A stretch of 64,000 nucleotides of DNA from Octopus vulgaris (lineage: Eukaryota): contig OX597817.1 of NCBI GenBank assembly GCA_951406725.2, positions 38,502,001 through 38,566,000 of the forward strand. The letters run 5' to 3'. Below, in pieces: positions 39,801 to 52,829 of this stretch; position 1 is the first letter of the stretch; the number at the start of each line of letters is the position of its first letter. The notes beneath the pieces are model-generated. The model had not been told where the DNA came from. It saw only the letters and a list, made by a program, of their open reading frames with translations, and made no database searches. A program made the position numbers and the translations under genes.

Positions 39801-41628
39801 AAGCTGACCTTTTAATGAAAGAGAATTCAGCCGCAACCACATCGTCTTCTTGCTGTATAAATGGGCCTTCCCTCTATTTAAGATGGCGGAGTGTAATTTT
39901 AAATAAAAGTGGCGAATGTTTTAGCAGTATGTATGTAACCCACCACTCATTTTTCTCTGCTTCTTGAGTTGAACCTTCCATGAAGTCGGTCACAGGAAGT
40001 CGGTGTCAACTTACAACTAGAACGTCACAGTCGTGATGTTTGTCACCTGAAGAAATCGAAGTATTTATTGTGTGTGTGTGTGTGTGACACAGTAGAGTAA
40101 TTAGAGGTAACGACGACGACAAGAAAGCATCAATGAATATATATTATTCAACGGGTGACTTTGTGAGATCATAAGAAAACTACGTTTGGGCTACTTAATA
40201 TGACGTGAAAAAAGAGGTGTGTGTCACCGTCTCAAATAACATCGAAGAGGTTTCACAATTAATTTTTTTTCTCTGGTAATCGGGTCAAAATAGAAAACAA
40301 AAACGATACACTCACACACACACTGCGCATGTGCTAGTCTATTAATACGATCTTGTCAAACGCAAATGTAAAGATGTGTGTGTGTGTGTATGTGAATTGG
40401 ATTTTGTTGAGTTCAAGTTAATTTTATATTTATGTATCAACAGATAGAAGTACGAGTCCCAGCAGGTATTCACATTTAAAACATCTTTTTTTAAGTGGGG
40501 TGGGGCGTACGTGTGTGTGTGTGTGCGTGTGAATTCCGCCCCTCAACGTCCGCCATGTTCTCAGGTTTTTTTTTGTAGCATGCTCAATAAGAAGAGGTTA
40601 CTAATTGCTTCTCTCAGCCTTCATTTTTGGAACCAAAGGGCACTGTGTGAGTGGTCCTTCACGACCTTCTTACAAGGAAGCATAGCCTGAGAGAGAAAAA
40701 GAGAGAAGCCGATTCTAATGCTAGACTGGTGCTTTATTTATCGACCTCGGAAGAATGAAACCCCAAATTGAACTCGGGTTTCAAAGAGCGGAGTAATTAC
40801 TGCAGTGCAATTTACCTGGAGCTCTGCTGCTGTAATGGTTATACTCGTTGATAATAAGTTACTTTCGGTCAGGATGGATAGATTGGGCAGAAATGATGGT
40901 AAAGTGTCAAACAAATGTTTAGTTATGACTATTCGCATCAGAGTTCAAATCCTACTGTGACTGACTTTACCTTTGGTGGGGTTCGAATTATGCGACTTTA
41001 ATGATCCTCCAAATTAGAGGTTTTGTATCTGTGTTAGAAATAATCTTTTTACTCAATGTCAATTGAGTAAAATTTTTTGTGTCATCTCAATGCACAATGC
41101 TATACACGTTTTCGTTGTTGTGATTTACCTCCAGGTCAGATCTCATCAAAGCTAACAATATTCTTTGACTGAACGGGCTGGCAAGGGAGACCACTCCGAG
41201 CGCTTTCAGTTTATTAGGTTTCATTAGCAAAAGTCTGGCCTTCAATATTTGTTTGTTGCCACTGTAGCAAGTTTGCTATATAGGATGTTATAAATAAATA
41301 AGTAATAAACATCGCGCAGTATCAAGAAATAAGATTAACTGATAATTTAATTATACAAAGGCATTGACTTAATATAATTTAAGTCATGAAAAGATGGATT
41401 TGATTACTTATAACGTTTTCCACATCAGGATTATACAGAATCACTAGGAAAACTATTATGAGTTAGCTAACATTATTCTTTGGCTCAGCAAGCAAGGGAG
41501 TGGCTTTTATTTTAAAAAGGTTAGAGAATTTGTTGAAATATATTGAACACATACCGAACGTAAGCATAACATTCCTCACATTTACTCTTTGTAGCTTCCG
41601 TGTATGTGTGTGTGTGTTCTTATTATTA

Positions 41629-41850
41629 AAGCGGTAAACTGGCAGATTCTTTACGCCGGGCAAAATGCTTAGCAGTATTTCATCCGTCTTTATATTCTGA
41701 GTTCAAATGCCGCTGAGATCGACGTTGCTTTTAATCCTTTCAGGGTCACTATGTTGAATCCATAAGCTGTTGAGTACTGGTGTCGATGTAATCGACTATT
41801 CCCCTTCCCCAAATTTCAGGCCTTGTGCCTATAGTAGAAAGGGTTATTAT
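41629..41850 (+). mobile_element. SINE family A, full length
   Basis: GCGGTAAACTGGCAGA...GAGTTCAAATGCCG...GGCCTTGTGCC with (ATT)n tail. Confidence 0.85.
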
Positions 41851-42599
41851 TATTATTATTATTAACCAGCAGAAATTACAGTGCATCTCAAAGGCCGAGA
41901 GTTTCATGCATTGGCACATATCAAACAGTTTTGACAAACATACTGTTTATGAAACATACACACTCACTCACACACACACACACACACACGCACGCACACA
42001 CACACACACACATACAATGAAGTATTAAATGCCTATAAATTAGCAAATCAGCAGTATCAGCCGTTGTCATTTAGCTCCAGATCAGTCAGGAATCGAGCAA
42101 ACTCATCAGAGGCAACTAAGCCAAGTCACTCCAGTCTTTCAACATCTCATAACACACCACTATCATAGAAGTCTACCAATTTCTAGATTTCATGTTCTCG
42201 GATTTGAATCCATTATTATGAAGTGGATCGGTGCATTTTTACGTGACTAAAGAGAAACAGTCATCTATATTGTTGTTGTTCTTACTACTATTTCATCTTA
42301 TTCCAGGAGTAGGCACTTCTGTTTCTTGTAAGTGACCTCTTAGACCTTTCGACGAATATGGTCACCTTGCTGCTGCAGTATTGGGAGCTAATATTTGACC
42401 GAGTTCCGAACACTGATAAATGGTTCACACATGGTTCAACAGCACAAAAGAAATTTGGCACTACTACTTCTTTTATGGATCACAAAAGCCTGAAAGGAGG
42501 TGTTTGAATTCACAAAATAAAGAGACGTCACTAAATACCACAAGACTTTTTTCCGATGCTCTAACGATTTTGCCATATACTGTTCTTAATATTATTGAA

Positions 42600-43310
42600 A
42601 GCGGCGAGCTGGTAGAATCGTTTAGCACACCGAGTGAAATATTTTGCAGCATTTCGTATGTCTTTACCTCCTGAGTTCAAATGCCGCCAAGGTCGACTTT
42701 GCCTTTCATCTTTTCGGGATCGATAAAATAAGTACCTCTACCCCAAAATTGCTGGCCTTGTACCTAGATTTGAAACTAATATTATTGATTTCTAATTTGG
42801 GGAAAAAGCTACCAATGTTGAGGGGAGAGGATTAGCCGATACCATCGACCCTAATGCTTGAATTGTACTTTATTTTATCAATCCCGAAATTATGAAAGGC
42901 AAAGTTTACCTCGGTGGAATTTAAAGTCACGACGTAAAGAGCCAGAAGAATTGCTGCTTAGCATTTTCTTCGAGGCACTGACGATTTCTGCCGTTTGCTG
43001 CCTTCCTTAATATCAGTTTAAAATTTTGGCTCAAGGCCAGCAATTTGGGGGAAGGAGTAACTCGATTACATTGACCCCAGTGCTCTACTGGTAGTTATTT
43101 TATCGACCCTGAAAGGATGAAAGGCAAAGTCGGCCTCAGCGCCCGGCGTGCTAACGATTCTGCCAACCCGCCACCTTGTTGCCTCCCTTATTGGTTTCAA
43201 ATTTTAGCACAAGGCCAATAGGCTTGGGGGAGGAACTAAGTCGATTAAACTGACTCCAGTGTTCAACTGGTACTTACAGTAGCGACAGACCGCTAAGCAT
43301 TTCGCCTCGA
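42600..43310. mobile_element. Cluster of four SINE family A copies (one +, three -)
   Basis: + copy at 42600-42785. Minus copies at ~42786-43004, ~43013-43176 and ~43190-43310. Confidence 0.85.
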
Positions 43311-43847
43311 GTGCCGTAATGATAATAATTTGAAATATGTGTATGTTAGTTGAGGGAGTAAGAAGAAGCAGAAATTGGAATTAGAAAATTGAAGGTTGTG
43401 TGAGACGCTGACAGAACGGGAATGGGGCGTGCTCAAAATTTCTTTTTTTATAGAATGAGGCACGAAATACAGAATAAGAGACCGAAAGAAAGAGATAGAT
43501 CACTGTCTTGAATCCATTAGCTCGTCACTCGCGAGCGAGTATGACAAAGTCGACCTCGGCGGAATTTGAACACAGAACGTAGCGACAGACGAAATGCCGC
43601 TAAGCATTTCGCCTGGAGTGCTATAATGATAATTTGAAATATGTGTATGTTAATTGAGGGAGTAAGAAACAGAAACTGGAACTAGAAGATTGAAGGTTGT
43701 GTGAGACGTTGACAGAACGGGAATGGGACGTGCTCAATTATTATTATTTTGATAGAATGAGGCACGAGGTACAGAATAAGGGACCGAGAGAATGAGATAG
43801 CTCACTATCTTGAATTCATTAGCTGTCACTCGCAAGCGAATATGACA
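43279..43847. repeat. Local tandem duplication (~270-bp copies, period ~300 bp)
   Basis: GTAGCGACAGAC...GAAGGTTGTGTGAGACG...GTCACTCGC.AGCGA.TATGACA occurs at 43279-43546 and 43579-43847. Confidence 0.85.
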
Positions 43848-45881
43848 TTTATGCTTGTATCACGCTTTCGCCAATTGTTTTAGGCATCTGTATTATCACC
43901 AACAGAAACTGACACATTCTCGAGCCTTCTCACCCTTGATCCAGTGGAATATCGGTGATGTAACACCATCAGAAAGCCGGTACTCACTTTCAGCTGACTA
44001 GACTAAAGCAACGAGAAATAACAGGACACGTTGCCAGGTCGAGGAAGCGAACGCTCGATCATTGTGTCCAACCACTGGACTATGCACCCTTTTTAAAACG
44101 AGAATATATATTACTAGCAAAAGAAAATGCAAAAAAAAAAACCGATTGGTCATAACATCAACGTATTTGATGAGGGTTACTCTCCGATCATACAACATTC
44201 CTTTCTGAGGCGTCTTCTGTGGAAAATTTCGTTGCATGTGGGTCTTTTTTTCTTCTTTAAAGGTTATCTCCAGACCTTTTGGGGTAACTTTGTGTTGACT
44301 GAAGACATCTAAGAAGAATAACCTTGAATCATCCATTATTTTGACACAGATGGTCATCCCTACAAGCACAACTATTATTATATCTTTCATATCCCTGAAA
44401 TTGTTTCAGAAATTGTCAGTTGGTAATACAACAAAAAAATAAATTTTAAAAAAAACATGAAGAAACATCAAAAATACAATTTTGTCCAACTCATTGAGAG
44501 GATAACACAAATAATCTCTAAAACTTCTCATACCCCTTATTATGTTTATAGCGGACGGTGCATGCCTTCATATTTCTTTATACATAAGTTACATACTCTT
44601 GCCCCCCTCTCTCTCTCTCACTTTCTTTCTGCAACTATGCTTTCCTTCTTTCACATAGTTTATATAATATATGTATGTGTGTGTGTTTTTTTTATCCTAT
44701 TACCCCCAATTGCTTTGTTATTGATATTTTCATGTGTCAGTTTATGTATCAATTTGTATGTCCCAGTTTGTGCGTATCATTATGCCTGTCTCAGTGTGTA
44801 TGTATCATTATATATGTGTATTTGTATGCAACATTACGTATGTGTCAGTGTGTGTGTATCTTAATGTATGTGTCGATGTTTATGCATCAGTTTTGTATGT
44901 GTGTGTTAGTAAATAGGTATATCAGTTTGTGTGTCAGTTTGCATGTTTGTATGTAGTTTATGTATCAGTGTATTTATATTCATTTACTTTCTGTATTTTG
45001 TATTTTCATTTAACTCTTCACGCCCGCCCCCTCCTCATTCTTTCTCTCGTTTATATATCTCTTCCTTCACCCTTTCCTCCCTTCATCTTCTTCACTCAAC
45101 AAAGTTTTCAACGTCCCGTCATTTATCTCGCCTCCACCTCCACACCCCTCTCTGGCTCACCTCATTTCCTGTCTTTCTATTCATAACATCTATCGTTCAG
45201 CCCTACCTCTCCCCCCATTCACCTCATCATCCTATCTAACTTACCATATAACTCCCTTTCCTCTCTCCCCCTCTCTCTCTCACTCACTTAAAACTTTTAC
45301 CACTTTCATCATTTTTTAACGACACATATGCACTGAGTTTTCTTTTTTTTTTATAAATTGTTGCACATACCACTGTTCCTGTTGCTGCTGCTACTACTAC
45401 TACTACTGCCATTAGCACTAAAGATGAATGTCATGGCAAATCTATTTTCATAGATTTTTCAAAAACAAAACGAAAAAAAAAAAAAAATACAAGCTTATTG
45501 TAGGAACTTCTATGCGGTCGCCCAATCAGCTAGAGAAAGAAACCAATTCATCCGCATTTCATACTACCATATTGTCTTTAAAAAAATGATACATCATTTG
45601 CAAATGCAATACTAAGTACATAAGAAAAGATGTGATGGAGTGGTAAGCCTTGGTCGAACAAGGATGACTCGGAGTTAAAATACAGCAACAAGTAGCCTAG
45701 TCATTTTACAACACACTAGCATGCATTCACTCAACGCAATACACAATCTATTTTTTAATGGGGCAATTCACGAAGTTGTCATATATAATAAACCACACAC
45801 ATATATATACATCGTAGAAAGAGTTTAACTAAATTGATCATAAATTACCATGACTACAAACAATAATGCTGATATTTAAAA

Positions 45882-45914
<33 letters not shown>

Positions 45915-46196
45915 TCTTTTATTGTGTAGCAATATTTGTTTGCTTGTCTGTCTTTATCTGAAACTATGTGTATTTGTCTATTTGCCTCCTCCTCTGTCTT
46001 TTTTCTTCGGCTGTCAATATCTATTATAGCCATCAATCCACCCACTCATTTATACTGTGTTTATTGCTTACTGTTCTTTTATGAAGGTATGCCAAAACTA
46101 AAGCCATTGAAAACTGCGCATGTTGCATAGTGTGAGTATGAGTGCGCGCGTGCGTGTTAGAAGTGGAGCGTATGTATGTCTAGTGTATGTAGACGG

Positions 46197-46260
<64 letters not shown>

Positions 46261-46933
46261 TGTGTGTGTGTGTGTGTGTGTAAAAGTAACCGAGCAAAGA
46301 AGTTTATATTTCTTTGAGGAGGGACACACATACACACACTTGAGACAAGTATTATATTGAATTTTGTCTCCATTCATAAAAATCGAAATAAAAGTCCTTG
46401 GAAAACTGTTCCTTTATAACCGCGGTCATTTTTGACTGGTCCAGTCATCGACACTACATTATCCAGTTTGCCTTCGTTTAAAACGGGAAGGTTGTGATTT
46501 GAGGGAGATTTGGTTGCTATTTCAAACAGCTTCTACAACCACAAATAAAGATGTGTTATATATGGGTCTTGGATGAATACTCACTAGCGTGAGAGAGTTA
46601 AGAATGTGCATACATTGAGTTTGCTATGTGTGTATTTTGGTTGGTGGAGTATATTAACCCTCAAGGAAGCAGATTAAAGGGCGTCCCACCCATAAACTGA
46701 CCCAATATTTAGGTGGGGTAGTGGAATCAAGGACCTTTTTTTGAGACAGTTCCGACATAATTTGAGGGAGACTTGACTGTTATATCTTGCTAAAGCAGTG
46801 CATAGCAAAAGCTCTTTCTGCGTCTATCTTGTGTGTGATGTGGGTGTTGGAAATTAAATAACATGAAAATATTTTAAACTTTTGCTTATAGCAAGTAACT
46901 TAAAGTAGTAACGAAGAAATAGATGTGCGTGTG

Positions 46934-46973
<40 letters not shown>

Positions 46974-47484
46974 GCAGGTTTTGAATAATCTTATATTTAA
47001 CATACAAGATTTCAAGTGCTTTTTTTTATACTCACACGCCAATGTAGGTTCGCTCTTCGTGTGTGTGTGCGCGCGCACATACATACATACATATACATAA
47101 ATGTGTATACATGTAAGGAGAGAAAGAGATAGAGTATAACAAAAATAAAGATTTTTGAACATATTTTCACCCTCCAACCATCTCTTGAAGGAAGTGCACT
47201 AAGACCTGAAGTTATCTCGCTAAAACGGATGTTATCAGCTTTCCAGATATTTTTCGGTTTACATATGTACACATACACACACAATCACACACGCACACAG
47301 ACATACACGCAAACAGGCTGAGAATGAATGTGTAAAAAAAAATTGTTGTTGTGGGTCGTTTTGAAGCTGGAAACTAGAAATGGGGGTTGAAAGAGCTGAA
47401 GGAGAACGAGAGACAGACAGACAGACACACAGTGAACGATAGAAAGACAAAGAAAACATGAGGAGGGGTAAATACTAAACGAGT

Positions 47485-47690
47485 TTTTGTTGTTTAGATC
47501 CAGATCTGGCCTGCTCCCCCTAATTCGAAAAGACGTTACAGCTGTGACCATCCCATCTTTTTAGTATTACCTAATGTGTCTGGGTTTATTTTAGCAATGA
47601 TGTGTATAATCTGAGGGAATTTTGACTGCTATTTCTAGCGAGTCGGGTAACCGCGTAGACGTTTCCTCATTGGCTCGTAGATTGAACGAG
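47485..47690. mobile_element. Dispersed repeat family C, well-preserved copy
   Basis: TTGTTGTTTAG...CAGCTGTGACCATCCCATC...GAGGGAATTTTGACTGCTATTTCTAGCGAGTCGGGTAACCGCGTAGACG...TTGGCTCG. Confidence 0.75.
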
Positions 47691-48477
47691 TGGGTGGTAA
47701 AAGGCAGCATGGCGGCGGTAGTAGTGGTGGTAAGAATTAGTTCTTGTAATGTCAAAAGTTTTTCGACTTTTCACTGGGTGCTTGTTGGAATCAAGTCAAA
47801 CCAACAATCCCACAAACCAACCAGATAAATAAATTATACTTCGTGTGTACATATATATATATGTGTGTGTATGTAGAGAGAGAGAGAGAGAGAATATGCG
47901 TGTAAATGTATGTGCTTAAGCACACGCAGATGTGTATTATACGTGTATGTGCGGTATTTTAACATCAATGTATGTGCGTATACATGCCAGCCTAAGATGC
48001 TAATAGATGAATGGCTTAGCTAGCTATCTATACAGCTAAGAGTTGTTTATGTGTACTTCTCTGTCAGTCTGTCTATTTATCTTATCTATTTAGCTATGTC
48101 TGACTATTTGTCTATCTGTCAAGCTATATTTCTCTCCAGCCATGCCAACCATTTTGTTGCTAAACAGATTAAAGTAAGTTATCCATCCATTTACCTAAGC
48201 TTGTCTACATGTTATATACACAGTTATGAAGTCCCAGAGTGGATCCCACTTTGTGGCTGGCATCTTGGACATGTGTCATGTCTAAGAGTAAAAGGGATTA
48301 TGTCTACCAAAATGAAATAGAATAGATGATATGTTTACTGAATACCCACCCTAAGGGTAAACGGGTCACAATGAGTAGGAAAGTTGCTCAAAGAACTGAA
48401 TTATTTTTTTCTTGATATCGACGGGATGCCATTTATCCCCATCCCACCCCACCAACACACGTGTGTACTCAGATGTA

Positions 48478-48592
<115 letters not shown>

Positions 48593-49099
48593 ATGGGAGA
48601 GAGAGAGAGTGTGTGTGTAATTGTTTCTTCCTTATCTAGTCAGTCTAGTTGGTGCTGAATGGTTCCTATGCTAAAAACTTTCTCTACTCCATTCTCCACT
48701 CACATCTTCCACTCGCTTTCATCATCGACACCGATTCCGCTGTTTTCTCAACTACAACCGCTCTCTCCGTTCCTTCCTTGCCTCCTTTCTTCTACTCTGC
48801 CCTTACTTACACACACTCTCTCTCTCTCTCTCTCTCCAGGCAATGTCTAAATACCAACTGGAAGTAGTCGTCTAAGTCATGTCAAGGAACTATCCTAGCC
48901 TACTCGCGTAGGGAGTTGTTTGCCTAAATGTATCCGTGTCAGTAGTTTGTCTGGTGTTTCTTGGAGGGATTTGAACATTATAGCTTCTTTTTTTCCCCTT
49001 TGATTCCTTTCGAGGTAACGTAGTAGAAGACAAAGGACTAGTGCAGTTTTAAAAAATGTTGTGACGCAACATTATGTGATAGGAACTTGATTTTTTTAG

Positions 49100-49270
49100 G
49101 GGAATGGCGTTTGGCACAACCTTGGGTGACTTACGGACTTCTTACTGGCATGGTTTGGACAACGTTGATGGAATATTTCCCTCATTGTCCAAATTATGTA
49201 GCGCTCACAGTGGCGTTGGAGAGAATAAAGTTTGACGTTTTGAGGCGATCCCAATAACCCAGGCCAGTCA
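49100..49270 (-). pseudogene. Short CR1-like LINE fragment
   Basis: KLYSLQRHCERYIIWTMREIFHQRCPNH matches KLYSLQRLREHYIICMTWKIFYRHCPND of the 14.5-kb CR1. Confidence 0.75.
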
Positions 49271-49820
49271 TGCGTGCATACACGCGTGCGCGCGTTTTCT
49301 TTCTCATACGTACTTGTTCTCTTTAGCCATACCAATCGTGTCTGTTCGTACTTTCTTCTCAGCAAACCGACATTTATATTTATTTATCTATTTTTACTTT
49401 TTTCTTCTTTTTTTTTTTCAACATATTTCCTTCCCTTGCGCCCTCATTCTCGAATCCTACCTCTCGTCTTCTGCTTTCTTCTTCCCTTATACAGGAAATG
49501 TGTATTCAGAACGACTTACTCTTTACAACCAAATCTCTCTCTCTCCCTTTCTCTCTCCCCCCTCTCTCTCTCTCACACACACACACATATTTGCCACACG
49601 CACTTACAACCGATTATGTGCGTCTGTTTATATATAACGTGACTGTGGAGGTATGCGTAGGTGGGTGAAGAAAGTAGTTACAAAAGTTTATATATATATA
49701 TATTCCTTACTTTTGTGAATAGAGTCGTCTACCATAAGGCTAGAAAATGTGACTTAATGCAGTTTTCTGGCACTGAATCTTTCTCACCTCCTGTAACTCT
49801 TAACCAAGTTTAGTTCGTTA

Positions 49821-49860
<40 letters not shown>

Positions 49861-49922
49861 CTCTCTCTCTCTCTCATTCTCTCTCGCTTGCGTGTACGCA
49901 TATATCTATACATATATATATA

Positions 49923-50135
49923 TTTTTAATTTTCTCCTGTTTACGGAATTGATCTTTATTTGCGGTAGAAGCTTTGGCTGTTATTTCTAGTGGGTGAATG
50001 GCCTATTATGGCCGTTCCTTAATTGTTAATGTTGAACTTAAAAATGGTCTATGACTATTTAATTTTTTCCCACTGGGCCGCTGGTGGCAAAAAAATTCTA
50101 CAAAATTTTTCTTGCCACCCTATATTGATTAATTA
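49923..50135 (+). mobile_element. 5'-truncated dispersed copy of the 491-bp hammerhead repeat
   Basis: AATTTTCTCCTG...GGCTGTTATTTCTAGTGGGTGAATGGCC...GCCACCCTATATTGATTAATTA. Same terminus as the array end at 3938, and (TA)n on both sides. Confidence 0.9.
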
Positions 50136-50438
50136 TATATATATATATATATATTAACGGGGGAACTCTAATTATATAAATCTATAAATAATAGCCTGTC
50201 GAATATTAGATTTAAAAAACGCCTAGGGTGGAAAAAAAGTCGACGGCTGCCCGTGGGACTCGAACCTACATCTTAAGTGAACATGACAGATGTGGTATCA
50301 TACCTAGACAACACTACGAACTCTCCCCATCTGTTTTTTTAGAAACTTTGTTCTTATCAGCGAGAATTGTGTGTTGTTTGCCTTCGAGAGATACAAATAA
50401 TGATTTCATATCTATCTTAATATTAATAATATTCGTTT

Positions 50439-50640
50439 AAGGCTGTGAGCTGGCAGAATCGTTAGCACGCCGGGCAAAATGCTTAGCGTTATTTCATCCG
50501 TCTTCACGTTCCGGGTTCAAATTCCGTCATCCTTTGGGATCGATAAAATAAATACCAATTGAGCACTGGGGTCGATGTAATCGACTTATCTCCTCCCTCG
50601 AAATTGCTGGCCTTGTGCCAAAAATTTGAACTCATTATTA
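50439..50640 (+). mobile_element. SINE family A, near full length
   Basis: GGCTGTGAGCTGGCAGAATCGTTAGCACGCCGGGC...GGTTCAAATTCC...GGCCTTGTGCCAAAAATTTGAA with (ATT)n tail. Confidence 0.9.
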
Positions 50641-51587
50641 TTATAAATAGTTGTAACAGTAGTAGATTTTTAAAATTAATTAGAAACCAGTGTTAATATT
50701 CGTACTATAATGTATTTTGCCTGAATCATTACTAGGTGTATACATTAGATTATATTATTGTAGTTCTGCTTTAGAGTATTGAGTATTCAATCAAGAATGA
50801 TATACCAAAAGAATGCATTGGGAAATGTGTTTGCGCGCTTTTCACAAAAACATGCCGTAAAGAAGAATCACAGTTAACTTTACAATCTGACTTGACCCCA
50901 GTTTCCTTTTAAGAAATATCCATTCTTCATCGTCATCATTATCATCTGATAATGTCTGCTCTCAATAGCTTAACTGCCAGGGACACCAACTCGGTCTCTA
51001 TTTCTGCGTGTTCAATTCTTGGTGTTACCATCCACACAATTTCTGCTTTTTCTCTTCATTTATTTCCCCCTCTCATTCATTTTGCCTTCTCTGTAAGCCA
51101 TTTTTTTTTCTATTTAAATCCAAAGTATTTTAGTTTTCTTCTTTTGATAGTGTCTAAAAATTCAAAACATTACTCTAGTTTTTGCCATACTTCCTAACTT
51201 ATCATTGGTTTTGTATTTTAACCATAATATTCTCAAAACCTTTACAAATGCCCACGTTCCAAAGGGTTGTGTATTCAATTTTGATGATACTTTTGTTAAT
51301 ATCCATCCCATTTTCTACTGCATATAGTAAAGAAAACCAATAATAAAAACTGCATATTGTAGAGAAGATCATGTATAAGTATATTCTGGTTTCTATATTA
51401 AATGCTTCTTGATGAATGCTTAACATACATGCCAAATTGGCCAGCTGATGAACTGCGTGTATCCCACACAAGAAAATTGTTAGCAATTGCCAATACTCTC
51501 TCTCTCTCTCTCACGAGCCGACCAAATTAATTTAAATCCCCATTTTATGTTATAAATATGTTTGTATGCTTGTGTATATAATGGCGA

Positions 51588-51790
51588 ACATGTGAACCTA
51601 ACCCACGTACATTCATGGCTCTCTTCTTTTCCTTATTTCTCTTGGACTTTCTCCTGTATCCGAAGAAAGACTGTCTCCAAAACATTATAACTTTCACTCT
51701 ATGACCAATTACTCTTTCTATTCTTCCTTGAGTGCGAACCTAATACTATTAACAGTGAACATCCCTTGAACTTTTATTGTTTTTTTGTTT
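51588..51790 (+). mobile_element. Dispersed repeat with minimal hammerhead-like motif, copy 2
   Basis: Homologous to 20880-21110. GTAT-CCGAAGA-A-AGA ctgtc TCC-AAAACATT-ATA at 51656-51690. Confidence 0.5.
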
Positions 51791-52251
51791 GTTTTTTTTT
51801 GTATATGCTATGTATGTATACTTGAGTAGACTTAATCTGTTGCAAGCATTCGAGCCTGCTCTCCGGTCCCAGGATAGCTTCTAAAGGTTATGTCCACTGC
51901 CCAAGATACCTCGCTGTGGAATTGCAGCCAACATTTCATGATTGCAAAGCGAACTTCTTAACCAGTCAGCCGCGCCTACAAATCTGCTTAACTGACTACT
52001 TAGCGTGCGCGCACGCACACATTGTACTACACACCTACTTTCTTACACAGAGACATACATAAATACTTGTTGGCTGTTTTCTCTGTCTTCCTCTTCTTTC
52101 CTCTCTCTCTGATACTTAAACTTCATTCACTTTTCTCTGTGAATAAAATACACAAATTCTTATTTCTTCTTTACCTACTTACTTTATCTAGATCCTTCCT
52201 GCCTATCTCTGTTTACATAGCTATCTATCTATCTATCTATCTACTTATTTA

Positions 52252-52295
52252 TAGTGGGGTAGGCCGGTTTATGGGGTTACCGGCCTACCCCACTG
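52252..52295. mobile_element. 44-bp micro-MITE / hairpin (Tc1/mariner-like ends)
   Basis: Perfect 16-bp inverted repeat AGTGGGGTAGGCCGGT / ACCGGCCTACCCCACT with a 10-nt loop. Ends ...CACTG and is flanked by TA. Confidence 0.6.
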
Positions 52296-52432
52296 TAATA
52301 TTAACTGCTCTACATCTTAGAGTGTATATTTCTCCTCCGGGTTTATATATTTCTACGAACGATTATCTATCTACTTATGTATGTCTCATATTTTTCTAAG
52401 TATCTATCTTTTATCTTTTCTTTTTATTTTTT

Positions 52433-52501
52433 ACTTCTTTCACTCATTGGATTGCACCCATGCTAGGGCACTTCAAGATTTTATTTGAAGAAATCGACTC
52501 C

Positions 52502-52536
<35 letters not shown>

Positions 52537-52790
52537 CTCGTACTTATTTTACCAGTCTTTTACCGAACCGCTAGCTTACGGGGAGAGGGCATGAAAACCG
52601 GCTGTCAAGCGGCGAGTAGTACACACATGTGTGTGCATGCGCACACGACAGTCTTCTTTCAGTTTCCGACGACCAAATTCGCTCACAAGACATTAGTCGG
52701 CCGGGAACTATTCTAGAAGACACTTGCCCAAAGTTCCGTACAGTGGGACTGAACCTGAAGATACGGAGTTGCAAAACGAACTTCTTAACC
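52433..52790 (-). mobile_element. SINE family B, diverged
   Basis: Homology to 15403-15783. Confidence 0.75.
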
Positions 52791-52829
52791 AATCTATGTT
52801 ATGCAGTATGTGTGCGTGTATATATCTTG

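Noticed and set aside
50810-51490. Possible decayed transposase on the minus strand
   Set aside because: No convincing catalytic motif or TIR could be read.
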